Part shown: positions 24,001 to 31,597 of the stretch, piece after piece | Numbering within the stretch: position 1 is the stretch's first letter | Layout: each line of letters begins with the position of its first letter | Notes under the pieces: generated by a model | The model's input: the letters and a program-made list of their open reading frames with translations, nothing else | What the model was told of the DNA's origin: nothing | Databases searched by the model: none | Source of the DNA: Ancylonema sp. | Lineage: Eukaryota | Assembly: GCA_050230475.1 (NCBI GenBank) | Contig: JBFLGF010000058.1 | Coordinates: 62,001-93,597, forward strand | Reading direction: 5' to 3' | DNA length: 31,597 bases | Made by a program: the position numbers and the translations under genes

Positions 24001-25869
24001 AGTGGTCCAATGAGATCTAGGTGAATGCGACCCATCTTGGGGCATGTCCCCAGATCTGCACTGACCTTAGCATGACTGAGCTGAGTCATCTTCCCCTGAC
24101 AGCAAACCTGACATCCCTTTACTTCAGTTAATTCCCCCTGACTTAACTCTGGGATGTCCCCACGTCTGGCGAAATCTGACATCACATCAGAACTGGGGTG
24201 ACCCAATTGTGATGCCAGACCATGCTGTGGACAAATTCGCTTTGTATCATGAGATCCAGGCATAACGATTGTGGAGCAAGCAGAGTCAGACCACTAGGCT
24301 GCTGCAACACATCAGCCCATTTCACATTTCCTTGTTTAATTCAGGACCCGTGGGCGCTGTAGAAAGCTCAGCCCACCTCTTCTGACGAGGCACGATGTCG
24401 ACACGAGGGTGCAGGCAAGGTTGGGACGTGGATCGCGCTGAGTGGCTGCACAAAGAAAGCGTCGCCATTCCTCACTCGGATGTGCACGAAACCAGTGCCC
24501 TCCACCTTGTGTGACGAGCCGTCAGCAGTGGTGATGTAAAGGCCTGCTGCGTGCTCAGGGTAGGTGTGTACTCCACAAAGTGTTCACGTGCCGTGAATAT
24601 GTGGTCGGTAGCACCTGAATCCAGGATCAGGGAGTCTGAGTGAGGACCAGCAGACATTGCCCGGGCAACATTGAACGAGAAAGCACCGAATGCTAAATAA
24701 TCCACATTAGCGTTGATTTGTTTGTCAGCAAAGCGAGCAAGTCTAGCTTGTGCATCAGCCCTCCTAGCAGCCTCTGGGTTCATTAAAGCCATGTCAGATG
24801 TTCTTTTTCTGCATTGTTCAATTGTGTGACCGACAATGTTGCAATATCTGCACTTTTGCCTCCCCCCTGAACTTCCCTGAGTAGCGTGCGCGACATTTCC
24901 AGCTGCTGGTGATGACGCGCAGGGCATTGCGCAGCTCGGTGGCCTGCCTGATGGCCTGTGACATTTCCATGGCCCCGTATGGCCTCCGCCAGATGCTGGT
25001 GAAGGGCAGTTCGCTCTGATGTGCCCGAATTTGTGGCAGCCGAAGCATTCGACGCCTGCAGCGTCTCTGCGACCAGCTCCAGTCGCACCACCCAGATCTG
25101 CTCTGCTACCTCCAGCTCCATTCCCCCCCCCCCCCCAGGTCCACCCATGCGCTTGGTGACCTCCTGGCAGCGCCCCTTTACGGTCATTCAGCTCCTTCGC
25201 ACGTCGTCGCGCAGCAGCGCACTCACGATGTGTGAATCGTGAAGAGGTGTGGTGTGACGACTCGGACCATGGCATTAGCTTTGAGACCATTGGGCTGTAA
25301 TGCGTGTTTAAAGAGTTCAGCAGGTTGATCGCCTGCTTCGTCGGAGATACTGGCGCCCCCAGATTCTTCAGGTCCTGGTGCAGCTGCTGCAGACGCTTGA
25401 CGTACGTATACGTTGAGGTCCTCCGCCTCAGTCTGTATGTCTGAATGATCGCGCTCAGCAGTGCTTCCGTATTTGCGATCTCGATCGCACCCTGCACCTG
25501 GTAGAATGTCCGCATGGCATCCCACATTCCGGCAGCTGTCGTGCAGTCCGTGACGTGCGTCAGCTCCGAAGGTCTCAGGTGCTTCACAATGTACGACATA
25601 GCAGCCAGATTATCCTCGTCCCATTTCTCCAGCTCCAGCAGCTGCTGGGAAATCTGCTGCTGGACATCGTCGATCCCCCTGGCGGCAAATTGCAGCTCGT
25701 CAGGTGTCAATGGAAGGTTAACTTCTGGGCGACACTTTCGCGGCATGCTGTCCCAATCCATAACCAAACGATGCAGTTTCTTGTCTGCCAGCCCATACTT
25801 GACCTTGAAGGCCCATCCTGTATAATCAGCTCCAGTAGTGAACTGTGGGATTTGCGTCCTATCCGACAT
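21040..25869 (-). pseudogene. Copia gag-pol polyprotein, frameshifted
   Basis: ATG at 25869; CCHC knuckles; protease ILDSGATDH; integrase LGHP..CQVC, HLDLIGP, RTDKGGEY, NGICER; RT ALYGLKQ and HVDD; RNase H CDASW..SVTGW..EAEY. Confidence 0.95.
23154..23223. repeat. 27-bp in-frame tandem duplication in the copia IN-RT linker (AAAVHPNMP x2)
   Basis: ACTGCTGCTGCTGGCATGTTGGGGTGG occurs twice, followed by a partial copy. Confidence 0.85.
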
Positions 25870-26118
25870 TGTGGCAGCAATTGTTTAGGATTTCACAAAA
25901 TTTCTCGCTCAGCTCGAGTTCTCAGCAGTGCAATTCCTGCACTGCAGCACTCCTCAGCTCGAAAACTTGCAGCGCAATGTCAAAATTACGTGCAGACCTT
26001 AACAACTACGAATATATTTGCGCTCACTGGCAGAATATACCGTTCTCAGAGATAACCGCAGCGAAATCGCGTGGAGCCTTTAGTTTTTAACCAACACGGC
26101 GTCTGAACTAGACCGCAC

Positions 26119-26132
26119 GTGGGCCCATAACC
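26119..26132 (-). promoter_or_regulatory. Primer binding site complementary to the anticodon arm of initiator tRNA-Met (half-tRNA priming)
   Basis: GGTTATGGGCCCAC lies immediately after the 5' LTR. The + strand GTGGGCCCATAACC equals the tRNAi-Met anticodon stem-loop sequence. Confidence 0.9.
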
Positions 26133-26601
26133 TATAAGCTTTTGATTGATTAGACGTGCCAATTAGGTGGGCGACAAAACGAACCGTACGTCCGCAAAAG
26201 GATCTCTATCACTGATGATCAACGAGACAGGAGTTGCGTGTGTGGAACGAATTATTATTGTGATTGCGTCGGGGATGGTAATACCCGATGCATGCGCTTT
26301 ACAGATTGTTGTGTGCCGACGGTCAGCACAATTGACCGTCGGCCTATCATTGACTGACAGCTCTTCTACATTTCAACGGCACATGCCGGACATTTCTGAC
26401 ACGACTAAACTAGCCAGTCACGACGCGCGTCAAACAAATAACGTCTCTAAGCGTCGGGGAAACATGTCAGGTGCCCGGGCACAAACTTGCCCGGCCCCGC
26501 ATACACATAGCAGTACATCTAGAAATATTGCTCCCGGTTAGAGTAACCGGTTACAACTGGACTAGCAAGCATAACATATGGCTATCCAAAATATTCCAAC
26601 A
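26133..26601 (-). repeat. Copia 5' LTR (469 bp)
   Basis: The minus strand reads TGTTGGAAT...AAGCTTATA; homologous to 20031-20480 with several indels and substitutions. Confidence 0.95.
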
Positions 26602-26815
26602 CCATCCCCTCCTACCTCCAAGAAGTCACCCTTATGGACCTCGATGGCACCCGGCGCAAACGGCTGCAGCTGGAATCCAATGAATATGTTAGGCGCAAGA
26701 AGGGAAACCTGTGCATCTACTGTGGAGGCGCGGGCCATAATCGCGACACGTGCCCGGAGAAGCCGGCCAACCAGGCCCGCCACGTCCGCTGTCTGGACAC
26801 TTCTCGTGACCAGCC

Positions 26816-26863
26816 AAAAAACGATGCCCCCAGACAGTCCTAGGAAGGGTCTGTCTGGGCATG
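26816..26863 (+). promoter_or_regulatory. -1 ribosomal frameshift signal between gag and pol
   Basis: Slippery heptamer A_AAA_AAC (26816-26822) in the gag frame. The -1 frame is open into the protease ORF. It is followed by a hairpin, CCCAGACAG...CTGTCTGGG. Confidence 0.8.
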
Positions 26864-29800
26864 GCCCTTTCCCCCTCCCACCCCATCCTCAACCCAGCCC
26901 CCCAGCCCCGCCACCTGTACCTGTCAGTCCAGCTGCTCCAGTACCCTCTTCCCCCCATTTCGGTCAACGCCGTCATCGATTGCGGCGCGTCCGGAAACTT
27001 CGTAGACCCCACGCTGCTCGCTCAGCACCACTTGACCACCATCCCCCACCCCACACCCACCCAAGTGGAGCTGATTGATGGCAGCGCCCCGTCCGCAGGC
27101 CCTATCACGCACTTCTACAAGGGCCTGTTGCGATGTCTGGGCTCCCATACCGAAACACTCCAGTTTGACGTAACCCGCCTAGCCCACTTTCCCATGGTGC
27201 TAGGCTATCCTTGGCTCCAGCGCCACAACCCGTTCATCGACTGGCAGGCAGACGCTCTGCGGTTCACGTCCCCCCACTGCTAGAGTGCATGCCTGCCAGC
27301 CGCGCTCAGCTTCCCCCACCCACTTCTCACAAACCCCCCCCCCCACCCCTGCTACCCCAATCGTCCCCCACCCTGCGATTGCTGCCAGTTCCCTACCCAT
27401 CCCCGCCCCCCCAGACCCGGAGCTGCTGTCTAAACTCCCCCCCGAGTACCACGACTACGCAGACGTGTTCCTCGGAATCAACGGCCAATACCCCCTTCCC
27501 CCTCACCGCCCCTATGATCTGGAGATACCCCTCTTGTCAGGGAAAGAACCACCTTGGGGTCCCATCTACCCCATGTCAAAACCGGAGCTGGCTACTCTGA
27601 AACAATACATCTCTGACAACCTGGCAAACGGATTCATCAGACCACCATCTACCAGCCCTGCGGGGGCCCCTGTCATGTTCATTAAGAAAAAAACCAGATG
27701 GCAAGCTCATACTCTGCGTGGACTACAGAGGTCTGGATGCGGCTACGGTAAAGAACCGCTATCCCCTACCCTTCATACCTGAGATGCTGGATCGCTTGCA
27801 CCGGGCGAAAATCTTTACAAAAATCGACCTGCGCAACGCTTACCACCAGGTGCGGGTGAAGGAGGGGGGTGGAAGATTGCGTTCCGGACCCGCTACGGCC
27901 ACTTTGAGTTCCGTGTCTGTCCGTTCGGGCCCTGCAACGCCCCCGGCTGCTTCCAACACTTCATCAATGACATCTTCTTTCGTCCAGCACCTAGACGTCT
28001 TCCTGGCGGGTATGCTTGACGACATGGTGATCTACTCGGCAGACCAGGAAGAGCACGTTTCCCACGTCCGCCAGGTCCTGGATATCCTGAGACATAAGAA
28101 GCTCTACGCTAAGATTGAAAATTGCGCGTTCCATCAGGACACCATTACCTTCCTCGGCTACCAGATCTCCCCAGCTGGGTTGGAGATGGACCCGGCAAAG
28201 GTGACGTCTGTGCCAGACTGGCCTACCCCTACGTCTGTAAAGGAGGTGCAGTCTTTCTTGGGGTTCGAAAACTTCTACCGCAAGTTCATAAACCACTACT
28301 CTACCGTGGCCTGCCCCCTGACTACGCTCACCCGGAAAGGCGTGAAGTTCTGCTGGACACCAGAGGCCCAGGTCGCTTTTGACTCCCTCAAGCAGGCCTT
28401 CACATCTGCACCCATCCTCAAACACTTCCAACCCACCCTCCCCATAACCCTCGAAGCCGACGCCTCCGTCGGCCTTGGCTGCGTCCTCAGCCAGACGTCC
28501 GCTGCCGGCGAGCTACACCCCATCGCTTTCTACTCCCGAAAGAGTTCTCGGAGGCCGAGCTCAACTACCCCATCTACGACAAGGAGTTGCTGGCGATCGT
28601 CAGCGGGTTCCGTCAGTGGCGCGTCTACTTGGAGGGCGCGGCTCATCCTATTGTGGTCTACACATACCATAAAAACCTGGAGTACTTCCATGGCGCCCGC
28701 ACGACCTCCCGCCGCCACGCTCGCTGGGCAGAGACCCTAGCTCCTACGATTTCACTATCGTCTACAGAAAAGGGGAGACTAACGGAAAACCTGATGCTCT
28801 CTCCCGCCGTCCCGACTACCTGCCAGACCCACCCAATCCCCGAACTCCCTACTATCCTACCCGATTCTCTTTCCCCAATAATTTCCCCCCCGGACGATTT
28901 CCCTATCCTGCTGTTTCCCCCCCCCCTCCCCGAGCTGCTGCGCTTTTCATCTCCCCCACGGACCCCATATTACCTGTTATCCGTGAGGCGCAGCTTCTCG
29001 ACCCTGCCACTCTCGCCGCCATCCGCGAACAACTGGCTATAAGACCTGAGGAGGAATGAAACCCCCTCGCACCCTCAGGCAGGTCATCTTCCTATTGTCT
29101 ACGCAATGATTTGCTGTACCGACATCATCGCTTGGTCATCCCACCTAGTGCTACGTCCCTGATACTCCACAAATCCTAAAGCAATTCCAAGACGCGCCCC
29201 TCGCAAGCCATTACGGCGTTGCTCGCACCCATGCACTCGTGGCGCAATATTTCTATTGGCCGGGAATTTCTACTGCAGTGAAAGCCTACGTCCGCAGCTG
29301 TGACACATGTGCGCGGAATAAGCCCGTCCGCCATGCACCCTACGGCCTGCTATTCCCAAATCCTATTCCTCACAGGCCATGGAGCTGTATCTCTATGGAC
29401 TAGATCACAGACCTCCCGCCATCTAACTACCACGATGCGATTCTAGTAGTGGTCGACCGTCTGACTAAGGCTGCTCACTTCATTCATTCCTACGACGAAG
29501 GCAATACCAGCTCCTGACGTCGCTGCCATTTTCTTGCGGAAGGTGGTGCGGCTCCATGGCATGCCTTCCACCATCATTTCCAACCGCGATCGAGTCTTTA
29601 CCAGCCGTTTTTGGAGACGGCTCAGCTGTGCGGTATCTACGCCAACCGCTCGATTGCGTTTCACCCTCACACGGATGGCCAGATGGAGCGCCTTAATTCT
29701 GTCCTCGAGCAGTATTTACGCATCTACACAGATTACCAGCAGTCGGATTGGTCGAGTCTGCTGCCCATGGCAGAATTTTCCTACAACAATTTCCTGCATT

Positions 29801-30260
29801 CTGCCACATCCCTGACCCCGTTCTTCGCCAACCACGGTTTCCATCCCCAACTCTCCCTCCTCCCTCCCTCCCCGGACTCCCCAACCCCGTCGCAGATGCT
29901 ACGTGAAGGTGATTCACGACGCACAGATTCTACTCGAGACGTCGCTGAAAAATCCCAAATTGCTATGGAGCGATCGGCCAATCGCAAGCGTCGGGCTGCC
30001 CCATCCCTCCAGCCTGGCGATAAAGTATGGCTCCTCGGCGCCACGTCGCTTCCACACGACCCTCTGCAAAATTGGACGTCCGTCGCCTCGGGCCTTTTCC
30101 TGTGATTGGTCCAGCCTCTGCTTTCCGCTTGGAGCTCTTGCCGCCGCCGTCCATCCGCAATCCCGTCTTCCACGTGGCGCTTCTGGAGCCATATGTGGAA
30201 AATCCTTTTCCTGGCCGTGACGTGCCGCAGCCTCCGCCGGTCATCGTGCACGGCGATCCT

Positions 30261-30423
30261 GAGTGGGAAGTCGCTTCGGTGCTGGATTCCAAATTCTTGC
30301 GTGGAAAGTTGTACTATCTCGTGGACTGGGAGGGTTTCGACGAATCAAAGCGCTCCTGGGAGCCGGCACAGAATCTCACATATGCCACCGCGGTCATCGC
30401 GGATTTCCATCGCCGTTTCCCAG
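30261..30423 (+). pseudogene. Chromodomain at the integrase C-terminus
   Basis: EWEVASVLDSKFLRGKLYYLVDWEGFDESKRSWEPAQNL..IADFH. Confidence 0.93.
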
Positions 30424-30475
30424 CCCGTCCTACTACCCGCGCCCCGCGGCGTTCCGCGCCTCGAGGGGGGGGTAC

Positions 30476-30894
30476 TGTTAGGACCCTCGCTATAGTCCCT
30501 AGGGCTTCTTAGCGAGCACCCTATCCTAGCGCTACTAGCCTAGTGTGCTAGTAGCGAGTGTGTGTTCTTGTACTGCGTCTTGGGTCGCTCTAGGGAGAGC
30601 TAGAGCCCTTGTAGAGTTTCGCTATTGTTATATCGAGTGTTGATCGCTTATAGCGACTAGTTCTTGTATGCGACGACTTCAGTTGTTCGTTTAGAGCGAT
30701 ACTCATTGTCCCACATTTGTAGTGAAGTCGCTAGCCGAGATTTCACTACATAGTTCGAGTTAGGATTGAGGATTTCTCACTCATAACATCTCATGTACTC
30801 ACATACTTTTATACACTTTTTTCCCATCGTGTCTCATTCCCCTTTGTGAGTGTTCATCAACAAACTAGATCCTTTCCCCTTTCCGGGTCTAATA
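30476..30894 (+). repeat. Chromovirus 3' LTR (right end approximate)
   Basis: Follows the PPT GAGGGGGGGG (30463-30472), starts TGTTAGG and probably ends CTAATA (decayed CTAACA). Related to the solo LTR at 13144. Confidence 0.8.
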
Positions 30895-31570
30895 CCACGT
30901 GCATGAGCATCGTGTCAAACATGTCGCTGAGGGCTCGAACAACCATGAGGGAGAAGGAAGGGATGGAGCGCATCCAGCAGCTCAAGTAAAGATGGGCCTC
31001 CTTAGTGCGCACGAGCTGACGCTTCTCTTGAAAGGCGACCTGAGCATGTCACTAGGCCTCTAGCCCCTCCAGTGTGCCACCTTTCCGCGCAAAGATTCTA
31101 GATCCCGAGGTCCACTCAAGAAGCCCTGGAATTTGGTGGCGTCTTCAGGAACTGGGAATCCCGAAGGGGGGATGTAGGTGTCGATCGGCACTCTCGCAGT
31201 CCGCGTCCCCGTGGTGTCCTAGTGTGGGCAGATCTCCAAGTAGTTATGGTGCAAGTTGATGGAGTTGACCACCCGGTTGACGTAGTGGGACCCTAGCACC
31301 ACGTCATAGGTCTCGGCGTTGTCCACCTAGATATGCAAGTGTGCCACAGCTTCGTCCACTGTCCGAGGGAGAAGCCTAATGGCCACCGTCTTTTTTTAAA
31401 GTCCCCTCCATCTGGCCGTGCTGCCATCTGTTGTGGAGGGTCTGTGATGCCCATCCTCTCCGCGTGCTTCTTACCTATCATCACGTAGTTGGCCCACTGT
31501 CCACCACTACGTTTTTTGCTCTAGTGCCATCGAGAATGAGCACATTTGTTGCATTCGGCAGCGTCATGTG
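30895..31570 (-). pseudogene. Aspartic protease and linker of the minus-strand DNMT-type gypsy element
   Basis: MTLPNATNVLILDGTRAKNVVVDSG/ANYVMIGKKHAERMG..ETYDVVLG aligns by eye with the + element protease PTADNSQSILTIGG..IFDSGAKNVTIGTKFAKQL..YDVLLG. Confidence 0.72.
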
Positions 31571-31597
31571 TGACGTGCTGTTTGGAGTCGGCCGCCC

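Larger units (their letters stand above)
20031..26601 (-). mobile_element. Ty1/copia LTR retrotransposon, structurally complete but pseudogenized
   Basis: Paired LTRs, PBS and PPT, with domain order gag-PR-IN-RT-RH on the minus strand. Confidence 0.96.
26602..30894 (+). mobile_element. 5'-truncated chromovirus (Ty3/gypsy, Tcn1-like): gag C-terminus, PR, RT, RH, IN, chromodomain, PPT, 3' LTR
   Basis: PxMDLD-like motif and [49 protein letters not shown]; integrase GQMERLN; many frameshifts. Confidence 0.95.

Noticed and set aside
13144..30894. One giant LTR element bounded by the LTRs at 13144 and 30476
   Set aside because: The 13144 LTR has its own TSD on both sides, and the two LTRs diverge after their starts.

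Overview
Eukaryotic nuclear DNA, probably from a streptophyte green alga or early-diverging plant (inferred from a plant-type WAPL and an intron-containing CP12 with a transit peptide). The first ~7 kb holds three spliced host genes: the last four exons of WAPL (+), a small twin-CX9C protein gene (-) and CP12 (+), with hAT-type non-autonomous elements and microsatellites among them. From ~12 kb to the end is a nest of decayed, rearranged LTR retrotransposons. (i) A + strand Ty3/gypsy element with a DNMT3-like cytosine-5 methyltransferase between protease and RT, plus a PHD finger fragment. (ii) A second, divergent DNMT-carrying gypsy element on the - strand, split into 18.9-20.0 kb and 30.9-31.6 kb. 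(iii) A Ty1/copia element with TG..TA LTRs, a half-tRNA PBS, three Gag zinc knuckles and mismatched flanks. (iv) The 3' part of a chromodomain gypsy element with a -1 frameshift signal, and a related solo LTR. The main highlight is the pair of methyltransferase-encoding gypsy retrotransposons and the associated PHD reader domain. All assignments were made by eye, with no database search; TE domain boundaries are approximate.
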